From Blepharisma stoltei ATCC 30299 (lineage: Eukaryota > Protista > Ciliophora): a DNA stretch of 64,000 bases. Positions 47,075 to 59,388 of this stretch are shown piece by piece (positions within the stretch are counted from its first letter, which is position 1; every line of letters begins with the position of its first letter). The notes under the pieces were generated by a model. It was not told where the DNA came from, ran no database searches, and was given only the letters and a program-made list of their open reading frames with translations. The position numbers were made by a program, and so were the translations under genes. The stretch covers positions 124,001 through 188,000 of the forward strand of contig CBFDEM010000041.1 of assembly GCA_965603825.1 (NCBI GenBank), written 5' to 3'.

Positions 47075-48037
47075 TTAATCGCCTATTTCTCTACATCCGT
47101 TGGAATACTTATTGGTATTCCCACAGCAGCTCCAAAGCCTACTATTGACATTCCACCTCCCAGAATGATAATAGCTCAGCCGTTTCTGAATTTTTTCTTC
47201 CAGCCTTTCTTTTTCATAGCTCGCTTCACTGATCTGTTTATTTTTCTTCGCAATTTTCTGTATTTGTTCATTCATTTCTTCTCTTATCTCGATTTCCATA
47301 ATCTTCTTTGCTTCTTCTAAATGAAAAGAGAAGTTTTTAAGCACCTCTAGTGGGTCTTCAAAATTTTCTTGATGAAATTCTACGATATGTTTGCATACAT
47401 CACTACAAACCAGCAAAGAATTTGGCCCTTGATACTTATCAGCTTTTAGTAAATCATTTTGGCACAGCGGATTTTGACACTTCACAAAAATATACAAGCA
47501 ATCAATTTCATGTGCCAAAACATCAGGGATAATTCCTGAAAAAGCACAGCCAAGTGCATGATTTTTGCATCATAAATTGAAATTCGAATACACAGAAGCT
47601 GCATATTTGGCGAGTTTTTTTGTCGAAAATTCTTCACATTCATGAGGACAGCGCCCATTATTTATTCAGCAGTTTTTACAGACAAGGTTTTCGCACGACT
47701 CGCATTCAACTGGATTGGTTACGACATATGAGCATATTTTGCAGATAAAATGATCGTCCACGTGTGAAATAAACCGGGATTTTTCAAGCCCAAAATTGTT
47801 GTTTGAGTTTACAAGTGGCTTTAAAATCCAGGAGTTCGATTTTGTGTGAGATTTTGTGGATGGAGAGTTTTGAGAACTATTGTCGGAGATATAGCTTGTT
47901 GGGGTTGAAATGGAGAGCCTTGTCTTTGAGAATGAGTGATCTTTGGCTTCTTTTTCGTCAACAAAACTTAGGTGGTTGGGGGAAAACTGCTGGATCTCTT
48001 GAGAAGTAATAGAGTTGTTGTTTTCATTTGAGTCCAT
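47075..48037 (-). CDS. RING/TRAF-type zinc-finger protein with a coiled coil and a C-terminal Btk-type zinc motif, ~320 aa; two TGA=Trp
   Basis: CKICSYVVTNPVECESCENLVCKNC[W]..CP; CKNHALGC..HEIDC; YHSGRW..LWSCCG..GC. Confidence 0.8.
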
Positions 48038-49296
48038 TTTACTTTTATGTCTAACATATAAGCAAATAGAAATTTATTAATAATTAATGATAAACGTCAA
48101 TGCAAATGATTTTTGCTTAGTGCGCAAATACTTTTAAACCCAAGAAAGCTCAGGGATGTGCTTTACAATATATAGAGAAAATTCAATTTTTGAACTTGAT
48201 AAATCTTTTTAGAAATATAGCTGAAACTGATATTGATTCGGGTTATATTAATGACTTTGGTATATGAATGCTTAATCTTAAATATAGTTAATGCTTGATC
48301 CATTTCTCTTTTCCTTCAAATATCAATGAGGAAAAATTTTGATTTTTATGTAAAAGTTTAAAGTCTTCAAGCATCAAAAGATTATTCCTGACAAGTGTTA
48401 TGAGAAATAAGAGCACCAGATAATGCAAATAATTTAGCATAATTATATTAAAATCTATCAATCTGCATGAAGGGCTTTGGCACGCAAAACGCTCAAAAGA
48501 GAAAATCTGCTGTTCTATATGTGAGTATCATTTTGGCTTGCGAAAAGCATTTAAAAGTAAGCTTAATCAAATATAGCTGAATTTTTATTGGATGATAATA
48601 ATATATCTTTCAAAGAGTTTTCGGAATATCTGGTTATTGAAAATGTCTCATAAGAAAATATTTTTCGTCATACATTCGGACTTTTAATCGAACTCCTTAA
48701 ATCTAATCTTAAAGTCTCTTTTCTTTATTCATATTCCTGAATTAATTATGGTTGACAGAATATTTCGTGTATCTTTCTTTATATATGATAAACTATGCAG
48801 CCAGTTAATAGATTTTAATCTCAATTTCATATCAGTCTCAGGCTTTCCAATCAAATCATAATTCATACTTGGAGAAGTATGAAACTCATTTTTTGCGAAA
48901 TCGTTTCATAGCTTACCTTCCAGCAAATTCATGAATAAGGCTATTAAAATTCATTAGCTCTTAGCTCTTATTTTTGCAAATTTTAATGAGAGATTAAAAA
49001 TTAAATTAATTTATATGAATTTTCGGTCTGGCCTTTTCTGAATATATTTTATTTAAATTCTGATCTAAAAATAAAATTTCTAGCATTTCTAATTTCTTCC
49101 AAGTTGACAAATAAATGCCATAATTTGGGAATCCCAGCAATTTTAAATTGCAAGCATCGTTTCTAAAAGAGTTTTAGCAATTTCATAAGTTTCTTCAAGT
49201 CTGAATTCTATGAGTGTTCACCTGCTAAATTGTTGTTCCCTGCAAAAAATGTCTTTTAATGAGAGAGCAATCGATTACTTAACTATATAATTTAAT

Positions 49297-50769
49297 TTAT
49301 AATAATTTGAATTTTTGCCTTAGAGTCAAAATTGTTTTCTTTTTTTCTTCATCAATTCTTTGATTTGTTTCATCAGTTTCTTTTTTCATCATCCTTTCGG
49401 CTTCTACCCTCAGTTTATTTTGAACAAAAATATTATCAATATCTTCCAGTTTCCTGACACTTTCTCTATATCTATTCTTTATTTCCATCGTTTCTTTAAG
49501 AGCCTTCTCAACAAATTGATCCATCATTTTTTCAAGTTCTATTTGATATAGTTCAAATTTCACTTCAAAGTCTTCCAAATCAGATCTATCTGACAGATTA
49601 GACATATTCAGACTATTAAAAGACTGGTTCATTACACTCTTTCTTCTATCATCAATCCTTGAGCTTAAATTTTGTGCTTGATTTCTCATATCTTCTTGAA
49701 CTCTATTTCAAATAGAAATATTGCTGCTGTCATGTCTCTCAATAGTTTCTTCAGCATTTATTTCATGAATTTCTGAAATTTCGTAAGGATGCCAATATTC
49801 AATACAAAAATCGTCTGAAGGTTGCCTTCTCTGCTTAGATTTATGCAACCTTGAGTATACCTTTAGATGTTTTTGAGAAAAATCTACTTTATGCTGAAAT
49901 TCTGAATTTGAAAGCTTAATTAAATCAATTTTTAATAATAATGATTGAAGACGCTGTTTGAAAATTTTTCTTTTTGACTCTTTTATATCTTTGTAAAACA
50001 TAATTGCATAGGTATAAAGCTGGATAAGGTAAGAAAAAGTCCTTAAATTGAAATTTGATTCAAGTTCCATTTCAGATATAATTAAGTCTTCTGCGAAGTT
50101 TTGTGAGATATTTAGCCTTTCTTCGTTATTTAGCCAGTTTTTATCAGCTTTAAAGATAATTATTCGTGATTGAAGTTCTTCAAAGTTATTCGATTTTAAA
50201 TGTTTTTCTCTTGGCATGTTGTGCTTGTTTATATTTGATGTTTTAAATTCAGCTAATATAATATCTCCTGGGTTTAATGAAACTTTATCATACTCTGCAA
50301 ATAATCCATTATGAATAATGGATAAAGCATATTTGGCTTCTTTACTAGATTCTTTATGCATCTTTCTACTAAAAATAAACAATTTTATCAATATTGCAGC
50401 TAAAATAGTGACAGAACCAATAATGGTATAGCTTCTGTCAGATGGTAAATAAGTTGAAAGTCAAATTAGCAATAATAAAGTCGATAGTCCAATAAAAGAT
50501 AAGTTAGAAGGAAATAAAAAATGATATCATTTAGCAATAAATCTCAGTAATTTACAGTCAAAAACACTATAATTATTTAGTTTTGATTGTGAATGAAATC
50601 GCTTATGTGCAAAATTTTCTAAATCTTCATGCTCGCTTTCAAAGGTTAGAATCTGGGTTTCTTCGTTAATTATTTTATCAAGAAAGTCAATTATGCCACC
50701 GTTAATTAGAGTTCTAGGCTTGGAATTCAGAAAAAATGATCAAACTGGTCTTATGGGGAAATAGGACAT
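49297..50769 (-). CDS. Hypothetical protein with two N-terminal TM helices and a C-terminal coiled coil, ~490 aa; four TGA=Trp
   Basis: Open from ATG 50769 to TAA 49297 with TGA read through. Confidence 0.7.
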
Positions 50770-51068
50770 TTATTTGCTTAAAATATGTGGAATTTATGAG
50801 AATTTGTCATTCTTTGTCGGTTTAAAAATATAATAAAATAATAAAATATTTATAAAAACATTTAAGAAAAAACAGTTAAAATAAAAGAATATTTCGCAAA
50901 ATCCTAAATAATAGTGAAATCTTAGTCAAATAAAATAGATATTATTATTAATTGCATCTTAAAGGCCTTCAAAAAATTTTAAAAAGTAAAAATTCAAGAT
51001 AGTTTGTCCAATGGGTAGTTAAAATCATCATTTTCTCTTCAAAAATTGCTTTAAAATGACCATTTTAT

Positions 51069-52208
51069 ATGAAAAGAAGGGTCGTAGTGACAGGTCTTGG
51101 CATGATCAGCTCTATTGGCTTGACACTTGCAGACTCATGAAACGCTCTCTGCCGTAAAGAAATCGGGATTATCCCAGTTCATTCTCCCTACATAAAAGCT
51201 GCCGGGAAAATCCCTCAAAGTTTTTCACTCGAATCCGCTCTCGAAAACACACAAGTAATTTTCATTTAGCAAGCCAAAAATCTTCAAAATGCTTTATTCA
51301 TTGACGCTACAATCCAAGCTATATACGACGCAGGCTACGCCCCAGAAACTGAGTCTGAACAAGTAAAATGTGGAGTCGTTGAATCCCTATTAGCCAGCTC
51401 TACAAAAGACCTTTTTGAACCTCTTATTTCATCATCATTTGATAGACAATTTTGACTCAAAATCGCTGGAGGAATTGCCGCTTCTAATGCAGCAGTTATT
51501 GCTCAAGCAAAAGGACCATGCTCTTCAATTGCAGGTGGATTACAATCAATCGGTGATGCATATTTTACAATTAAAAGAGGAGAAGCAGACTATATGGTCG
51601 TTTCTGGTGGAAGCCCAGAAATTGATGATAATTTAGCAGGATTTCTGAATGGGATGAATATTTTGTCACCTGATAATGAAATTAGACCTTTTGGGAGAGA
51701 AAGAAATGGGACAATCTTAGGAGAAGGGGCTGCTTCAATTGTGCTGGAAGAATTTGAGCATGCGAAGGCAAGAGGTGCTAGGATTTATGCGGAAGTTAAT
51801 GGATTTGGAAGCAAATTTAATGTGAAATTGGAAGAAAAAAATGCTGCAGTTTTAAAAGCTTCTGGAAATGAAGAATTTACACCAGGAATTATTTTTGCGA
51901 ATGGGTCTGGAGGTGAAGAAGATGCTGTTGAAGCAGAAATTATTAAAAAATCTTATCCAAACGCAAAAGTTAGCTGTATTAAATCTAGTATTGGCCATTT
52001 ATTATCTGCTGCAGGGATTTCTGAAAGTGTTATTGCAATATTATCACTGAACCAAAAAATTGTTCCTCCTATACTAGCTTTGAAGGATTCTGAGTTTGAT
52101 TTGAATTTTGTAACGAAAATAACAAAACATAAAGAAAAATGTGCTTTAGTCCATGATATGAGATTCGGAACCCATTCTTCGGCTGTAACTTATTCATTAC
52201 TAGAATAG
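51069..52208 (+). CDS. Beta-ketoacyl synthase (FabF/KAS II fold), probably non-catalytic, ~374 aa; intron 51255-51269; TGA=Trp at 51138 and 51453
   Basis: MKRRVVVTGLG, S[W]NAL, IGDAY..IKRGEAD, RPF..RNG..LGEGAA, EEFEHAKARGARIYAE, KSSIGHLLSAAG. Confidence 0.88.
51255..51269 (+). other. 15-nt intron (phase 0)
   Basis: gtaattttcatttag. Confidence 0.9.
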
Positions 52209-52630
52209 CTTTAAAATTAATTCCACAATCATTTTAAAATTGAATTTAATCTAAATAATGATTTTTAGAAAATAAAATCAAAATATTTTGTGTTTTAACT
52301 TAAATCTTCATTATTTTTATAGTTAAAACCTTAAATTTTATTTTTTAGGTAATTTTGATTCTTGAGTTTAGAATTGAATAGCAGAAATTTGAATCAAAAT
52401 ATAAGAAAAATTGGAGAAATTAAAAAATCCTCGTCAAAGCAAAATCTATTTTATTTGAAATATTTCACTTAAAAATATCTTAGCATCCCCGGGCATTTAC
52501 TTAAGCAAAGAACTGATATTTTTTTGTCAATGCATTGTCAAATTTACAATATAATTTTTATTATTCAGCCCAAAATATTCTAAATAGACTTCGACACATA
52601 AAATCTATGGCCAATATTTTACATTAACTG

Positions 52631-53956
52631 ATGCGAAAGACCTTTGCAAAAGATCAAATGGTTTGGGCTAAAATTCGCGGGTATCCATGGTGACCATCCA
52701 TAGTAATTTCTAATAAGATATCTGAGATTGAAGAGGTTGAAGATGAAGATACCGGGAAAATTACTCAGCGACAGTTTTTTGTGAATTTTATTGGTGAAAA
52801 TTCGAGGTAATTGATAGATAGCTCAATACTTCCTATTACAAGTATATGCGACTATAAAGAAAACTACGATATTTATTCATCTTCCAAAAATAAAGTAAAA
52901 TTTACCTAGTATCTACTCAAGAGCATTGAAGTTGCAAATGCATTTTTTAGAGGAAAAACACCTATCGAAAGCCTAAGCAAAGTCAATAGTGATATCAATC
53001 AGCCAGCTTTTCATCGGAAAAGAAAGGACTCTGCTATAAAGGCCGAACCTAATGATCTGTCAACTGAATTAAAAAGCATTGAAAAATCTTTAGATTTAAA
53101 AATTTCTGAAAATAATTTTGACTCAAAGGATGATAATCTTTCTAGCTTACTTGTAACAATCATTTAGAACAAGATTATGAAGATCGAAAAAGTAATCAGC
53201 GGATTTTTATATTTGAATTCCCATGCGACTAAGAATGAGTCTATGACGGCTCAGAATCTTTATATATATTTTCAAATGCTTTTAGAGATCGAGCCTACCC
53301 TATCTTTATTAAAATCTTGTGATATTTTGAAATCTGTTAAACTGTTTAAAGAAGAATTTATTGATAATTCTGATCCTAGCTTAAGAAATCTTGCAAAGCT
53401 AGGGCATAAGCTTTATTTATATTGGAAAAGAAAGATTATTGGTGAGAGATTGGGAATAAGTGAGAAAATTAAAGTGCCAAGAAAAGAATATAAGTTTTCT
53501 GATAACTCTTCATTTGAAAGTTTGCCAAATAAGGAAATGAAGAAAGAAGAAATCAAAGAAGCAATAGTCCCAGCACCAAAGCCAAAAGCAGAAGAAAAAC
53601 AGCCTGCCCCAGAAGAGATAGCACAATTGCCTCAGCCAAAAAGTACTAAAATAGAACAAGAAGTCTATGATGTCCCAGTATTAAGTAACCATGGATCAAG
53701 CACTGACGATTCTGTTGCCAATCCTGATCTAAGAAAGCTTGCTTGCAGAAAAATAATAAAAATCCTAATGCAAAACCGTTTCGAGCGGAACAAAGCTGAA
53801 GAACTCACCCTCATTATTGAAAATAACTTGAGAAAAAAAGACCCTTCCATGAAATCTCAATATAGAAGATTTTTTAAGATGATGATTAAAGATATCAGAA
53901 ACCTTAATAGGGAAAATTATGATAAATCTAATAATCAATCACTGGATATACAATAA
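52631..53956 (+). CDS. PWWP-domain chromatin protein with TFIIS-like helical regions, ~421-426 aa; three or four introns; TGA=Trp at 52691
   Basis: VWAKIRGYP-TGG-TGA-P, FFVNFIGENS; one frame through to the 53177 ORF after removing the introns. Confidence 0.85.
52807..52821 (+). other. 15-nt intron (phase 2)
   Basis: gtaattgatagatag. Confidence 0.88.
52895..52909 (+). other. 15-nt intron (phase 0)
   Basis: gtaaaatttacctag. Confidence 0.88.
53153..53167 (+). other. 15-nt intron (phase 0)
   Basis: gtaacaatcatttag. Confidence 0.88.
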
Positions 53957-54146
53957 TTGCATGATTTTAATTTAAATGATACTGTATAAAGTTTAATTTA
54001 AATTAGACCTGGAATATTTTGGTTCGATGGATTTACAATGAAACTCTTTCTGTTATTTTAAGAATTTTTTAATTAAACATATTTAACTTTAAAATAAATA
54101 TGATTTCTTTTAAACTTTATTTAAATTTAAGTAAATAAGAATTAAA

Positions 54147-55931
54147 TTAAAGAGCTGTTCGTTGATGCAAATCTACCCAATTCTTGATAATCTCATAACT
54201 AATTCCGTCGCTTTCAATGTTGGCACCCACTGTAGCGAACAAGTTCTTAGCAGTGGCTGCAGCAATTTTGGAAGGCTTGATATCAGTAATATCATCAGGA
54301 ATCAGCATATTAAATACTGATTTAAAATATCTAACAACTTCTGAAAATTGCAGTTCTCCATCTCCTGACTGATCAAAGCATTCAACTGCTGCTTTTAGCT
54401 TGCTAGCTAAGCTTCCTGCGCACAATACTGAGAGCCCACAAAACAGTTCTTCCATGCTAACAACTCCATTTCCATCATTATCAAATTTCAAAAACAGCTG
54501 AGATGCAACTCCATGGAAAGCTTCTTCGTTTACTTTGATTCCTGAATACTTATTGACTAAATCCTTTAGAATTCCATTAAATTGCTGCCTTGAGAAAAAT
54601 CCGGTTGTGTTTTGTTCCTTAAACATCCTTAGTGCATCATAAACGTTAACTTCACCAAGTCCTGTTGCTTCTTTTTGTGCCATCACTAAGTCGATATTTT
54701 CAGGTGATGTTAAGTGTTTTTTGGTTTCTCTCAGCCTATTTATCAGCTGCTCTTTTCTGTTAGTAAAAGCTTCAATCTTCGCATCTCTATCACTTTTCAG
54801 GTCATCAGTTATTGCTTCTTTGTTATACCAAGCTTTAAATTCAGGAAGAGTAATCACCCTATCATTATTCACGTCAATTTCTTGGAAAATACTTTCAACA
54901 GTAATCTGGGCAAGCGTTTCAGGAGTTTCCCCACATTGTGATCTTAGCTCAGGACGAGCTGCGAACATTATTTTAAAGGCTGCAGTATGATGTGCAAGTA
55001 ATTCATCAAATGAAATAAGACCATCTCCATTTACGTCGTATAAAGTAAATACAGCTTCAATTTTATCTTCAGGAGACCCTCCACACAGTATGATGACTGA
55101 GTTGAGAATTTCATCGTTATCTAGTTGGCCGTTTTTATTTTCGTCTAAAATTTCAAAAAGCATCTTTATAGCATTTTTTTTCCTCATCTGCTCCCAGCCT
55201 TCTTGAGTTTGCTCAACCCCTAATATAATTTCTGTGAATTCTTCTAATGAAATTCCTGGTCTTTTGCCCATTTTATTTCTGATTTCGTTTACCAAAACTT
55301 TTGGTTTTTCTCCTCCAAGACCTATGATGTCTCTAAGTTTTACGATTTCGTCCTCTGCAAGTTTAGGAGGCTCAAATAGAGGGCTCATTGCTTTTTTTAA
55401 TCCAGGAAGTGCATTTTTTATAAATTTGCCAGCAGCTGATTCACTATTAAACTTGATAAATTTTTTGAGCCCACCATTGTTCATCCAGCTGAGAAGCTTT
55501 TCTTTTTCAACTTCTCCTTGAGTTCCAAATAGAGCAATTACAGCATCTGCAGCTCTGTTAGGGTCGGGGATTTTATTTTTCATTTTGACTGAAAAGAATT
55601 GGGCTAAATCACCTTTTGTCAAGTGGGTTTTGGCTTCTTCTTTGACCTCTGGCTTTTTAGTTGAGGATTGGACTGGAGGAGTAGCTTGACGTTGAGGTGT
55701 CGTTTCACCAATAAAGCGTCTCCAGGTGTCGACAAGGAGATCAGTATTTCTATCTAGTTTAAAGACTTCGAGGCCTGCAAGCATTCCTGGATGTTTCTGG
55801 ATGGCAAGTTCTTTAAAGGCATTTCTTTCTCCTTCACTAATTCCACTGATGTTATTGGCAACCAGTAGCAGCTGGCCCATTTCATTCAGCTTTTCGAGGC
55901 TTTCAAATAGTCGTTTAGAGAGGGTTGCCAT
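54147..55931 (-). CDS. Multi-EF-hand calcium-binding protein with two recoverin/calcineurin-B-like modules
   Basis: DENKNGQLDNDE, DVNGDGLISFDE, DVNNDRVITLPE, DNDGNGVVSMEE, DQSGDGELQFSE; LCGGS and LCAGS linkers. Confidence 0.88.
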   Translation of the reverse strand: MATLSKRLFESLEKLNEMGQLLLVANNISGISEGERNAFKELAIQKHPGMLAGLEVFKLDRNTDLLVDTWRRFIGETTPQRQATPPVQSSTKKPEVKEEAKTHLTKGDLAQFFSVKMKNKIPDPNRAADAVIALFGTQGEVEKEKLLSWMNNGGLKKFIKFNSESAAGKFIKNALPGLKKAMSPLFEPPKLAEDEIVKLRDIIGLGGEKPKVLVNEIRNKMGKRPGISLEEFTEIILGVEQTQEGWEQMRKKNAIKMLFEILDENKNGQLDNDEILNSVIILCGGSPEDKIEAVFTLYDVNGDGLISFDELLAHHTAAFKIMFAARPELRSQCGETPETLAQITVESIFQEIDVNNDRVITLPEFKAWYNKEAITDDLKSDRDAKIEAFTNRKEQLINRLRETKKHLTSPENIDLVMAQKEATGLGEVNVYDALRMFKEQNTTGFFSRQQFNGILKDLVNKYSGIKVNEEAFHGVASQLFLKFDNDGNGVVSMEELFCGLSVLCAGSLASKLKAAVECFDQSGDGELQFSEVVRYFKSVFNMLIPDDITDIKPSKIAAATAKNLFATVGANIESDGISYEIIKNWVDLHQRTAL

Positions 55932-56292
55932 CTTAAATTATTAGCCAAAATTCGTTTTTATTTAATAAAAGCCGAGGAACGAAGCAAAACTAATTTAGGA
56001 GCTATTTAATAATATAGAGAAGGCAAATTAATGGTAATGTAAAATGATTATATACAAAATTGTGATTCTAATATGAACAATTGAAGGATAATAATTTATA
56101 TAATTTCTGTTTAATAAATATAAAAAATATATTTAATGGTTTTTGAAAAAATTAAAAATTAAATATATAGAAAAATCATAGCTTGGTCTGCAAGATATTA
56201 TATAAATAAAAGAGAGTTAATAGTCAATTGAAATAGTGATTAATAATTTAAAAAAACAGCATCATCTGCAAGTAAAAGATACTAGTAAGAAA

Positions 56293-57348
56293 ATGGAGTC
56301 TAATATAAAAGTAGCGATTCTTCCTAAGACCATTTTGGAGCCAGAAACAGAAAAATCCCAAAAGTTAGCAATTTTAGAAGTATCATACAATTAGAATAAC
56401 ACTACTCAAGCAGGGGATTCAGATTATCTCTCGTCTTTACAATTTGATAAAATACTTAATACTGAAATTGCCAATGATTATATTCCAACGAAAGAAAATA
56501 ACGCTGAACCAAATGAAGATCCTTATAACATTGATATTCTGATGCAGAAAAAAGGAAGTGAACTTAATAAAGCACTTGAAGAAATCAGAAAACAGAACCT
56601 TTATAATGCAGCTTGCAAACTTAAATCTATGTTACCTTCAAAAGGCCGTTGTCCTATATGTACTTTAAAGTTACCTTGTAAGCATTATTCTTCAACGATA
56701 GAAATAAAGCCTGCTTCTCGAGGCAGATCTCATTCTCCGATGACTAGCTTTACATGTCTATCGGAAACTCCTAAATCTTCTAATGTGACACAAATTCACT
56801 TTTCTCCAGAGCCTCGAGAGTTTTATATTAGATACAGAAAAATTAATGGAAACTCAGCTGAAGTCACTCGACGTCCTAAAGAAAAAGGCATAGATAGAGA
56901 ATATCAAAAATTAAAAGTTTTAGAAAAAATTGAAAAATATAGAGAGGAAAAATTAAAGAAAGAAATTGAAATTATTGAAGAGCTTAAAAGAGTTGAGGAG
57001 CAAGAAATTGTAAGGCAAAAAAGAATTGAAGAAAAACAAAAACAATACTATGAAAGACAGAAACAAAGGTTAAAAGAGTACCATGAAGAATTAAAAAGAC
57101 CTAAAGAAATAGAAACTATAAGAGCACTAGTAAATGACAAAAAACTAAAAAAAAGAGAAGAAATGAGAAGAAAATACGTTGAAGAGCAGGTATGGGTTAT
57201 ATAGAAAAGAAAGATCGACGAATATCACCAAAAGAAAAGAATGATAGATGGAATCATTCAAGATCAAATCAGCGAATTGGAAAAAGCGGTTTTAAAGCCT
57301 AAAAAAATGAGCAAATCATTAAAAAGCAGCAGAAATAATAAACTATAA
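56293..57348 (+). CDS. Coiled-coil hypothetical protein with a CPICTL.LPC.H zinc-binding-like motif, ~341 aa; two introns
   Basis: One frame from ATG 56293 to TAA 57348 after removing 56380-56394 and 57190-57204. Confidence 0.78.
56380..56394 (+). other. 15-nt intron (phase 0)
   Basis: gtatcatacaattag. Confidence 0.8.
57190..57204 (+). other. 15-nt intron (phase 0)
   Basis: gtatgggttatatag. Confidence 0.85.
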
Positions 57349-57433
57349 CCAATATTTTAATTTTTGTTTACCATGTTTAAAAATTATTGCCTTTTTCATA
57401 GCTTATCTGTAGCGAATAATCATTTTAATTTTC

Positions 57434-58021
57434 ATGCTGCAAAAAGTGTGTGGATTTTTCTCCAAGTTTAACTTAGATTGCTGCAGAAAAGACGTCGAAA
57501 TCGGTGAATTAGTTACTTCTAAAGAAAATGATCTAGATACCACAAAATTTACTTCCCAAGATAACAGCAGATTATTTAGCACTGTTATAGAAGAAACAGA
57601 AGAAAATATTGACAAAAATACTGCAGAATCCAAATCTAAAAGATGTGACTCTATTGGAACTTATAATACCAATGCAGAGCTTCCAAACGATAAAACTGCT
57701 GCTAAGCCCAACACTCCAAAATTCAAAGAAGCTAATGCTCCACAAAAATCAACTGAAAATTCTAAAAGAATTGATGAAATGAAAAAGAAAATAAATCAAC
57801 TGGATGATAAAATAGAAAAAGCAAAAGAACTCCAGAATAACAAGAGAGGATCTATTGAATATAAACAAAAAAGTGTAAAACAATTAATTTCAGAACTCGA
57901 TAAAATTTTTGCAAATCAATTAGCGAAGCGAAATGAAAATAATGCAGCTAGCCCTATTGAGATAGAAAGGCCTTTTATTCCAAAAAGGAGGCCAAAAACC
58001 CCAGAGAACTTTGAATTCTAA
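57434..58021 (+). CDS. Hypothetical hydrophilic protein with N-terminal cysteines
   Basis: 195-aa ORF with coding-like composition. Confidence 0.7.
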   Translation: MLQKVCGFFSKFNLDCCRKDVEIGELVTSKENDLDTTKFTSQDNSRLFSTVIEETEENIDKNTAESKSKRCDSIGTYNTNAELPNDKTAAKPNTPKFKEANAPQKSTENSKRIDEMKKKINQLDDKIEKAKELQNNKRGSIEYKQKSVKQLISELDKIFANQLAKRNENNAASPIEIERPFIPKRRPKTPENFEF

Positions 58022-58186
58022 TTAACCTAATAAATAGGGACTCCAAGCATAATATAAGAAATTTTTAAAAATCATTTGAATATGGCACCATATCAATTAC
58101 CTTCCGAAAATTCCATTTTTAATGTATCCCACACTAATAAAATTAAGATTTCAATTTACCAATATTCATATAATCTATTTAAAACC

Positions 58187-59254
58187 TTATCTCATCCCTC
58201 TTGTAGGTATTGTTACTATTTTTGGTGCAGGCTGTGTAACTTTTGGAGCTGGCCTTATTACATTCCTTGGCTGCTTTGTTTCTTCCTGCGCCGGACTTTC
58301 CTGCTGTATATTCCTTTGAGCCGGCTGATTCTGAGCTGGCTGTACCTGTGGAGCTTCAATTTCTGGCTGTTGTCTTAAAGCGCACCAATCAAACATAAAA
58401 TCATACTGATAATTCTCTCTAAACGCCAAATCTTTAAACAGCCTTTTCAAATAGCTATAATCAGGCCTATCTTCAAATCTCAACGCTTTGCAGAAATTTA
58501 AATACGTGCAAAATTCAGCAGGGAAATTGGCACACAACGTTTCCACTGAGGTGCTCATTTTCTTTTCCATAATATTTTGGTATTTTTCCTTCTTATTATT
58601 CCCTGGAAGTCCTTGCCAAGGCAGCGACCCTCTTAAGAAGTAGAGAAGCACGTAGCCTAAGCCTTCCAAATCGTCCCTACGAGATTGCTCAATACCAAGA
58701 TGTGTGTTTAAAGAAGCATAACGGGCAGTTCCTGTCAGATTTTTCCCTTCTCTATATGGGATGTGTTGATTTGTCTTGGGATCTCTGTACTTTTTTGCCA
58801 GCCCAAAGTCAATTGCGTAGACTTGGCTTGCTTTTCTTCCTAAGCCAATAAGGAAGTTGTCAGGTTTCACGTCACGATGAAGAAAATTCTTAGAATGCAT
58901 ATATTCAATTCTTGTGATCAATTGGTCTGATAGCATTAAAACAGTCTTTAAACTAAACGTTCGGCCACAAAACTGAAGCAAATCTTCAAGAGATGGGCCT
59001 AAAAGATCCATGACGAGCACGTTGTAGTCGCCTTCTACCCCATACCAGTGAATGTTTGGAATGCCTACTCCACCCTGAAGAATTCGATATAGTCTTGATT
59101 CATATAACAGCTGAGGATGCTTAGATCGGACATTTTCCAGCTTAATTGCAACTTCTTCGTTAGTTTGAATGTTTGTTCCGAGGTAAATTTCTCCGAAAGA
59201 GCCGCTGCCGATTTTTCGGCCAACTCTGTATTTTCCACCAACTCGTAACTCCAT
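58187..59254 (-). CDS. CK1: Casein kinase 1 (delta/epsilon-like)
   Basis: [65 protein letters not shown]. Confidence 0.97.
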   Translation of the reverse strand: MELRVGGKYRVGRKIGSGSFGEIYLGTNIQTNEEVAIKLENVRSKHPQLLYESRLYRILQGGVGIPNIHWYGVEGDYNVLVMDLLGPSLEDLLQFCGRTFSLKTVLMLSDQLITRIEYMHSKNFLHRDVKPDNFLIGLGRKASQVYAIDFGLAKKYRDPKTNQHIPYREGKNLTGTARYASLNTHLGIEQSRRDDLEGLGYVLLYFLRGSLPWQGLPGNNKKEKYQNIMEKKMSTSVETLCANFPAEFCTYLNFCKALRFEDRPDYSYLKRLFKDLAFRENYQYDFMFDWCALRQQPEIEAPQVQPAQNQPAQRNIQQESPAQEETKQPRNVIRPAPKVTQPAPKIVTIPTRGMR

Positions 59255-59388
59255 TTAGGCAAATGATAATTATAAAATTACTTTTTGCTGATAGAAAAAG
59301 GTTGTTTTTTAATTCTTTTGAAATTATAGGACATTTTTTATTGTTAAGGATTAGTTTAGGACTTAGCTAACAGACATATTTAATTCAA

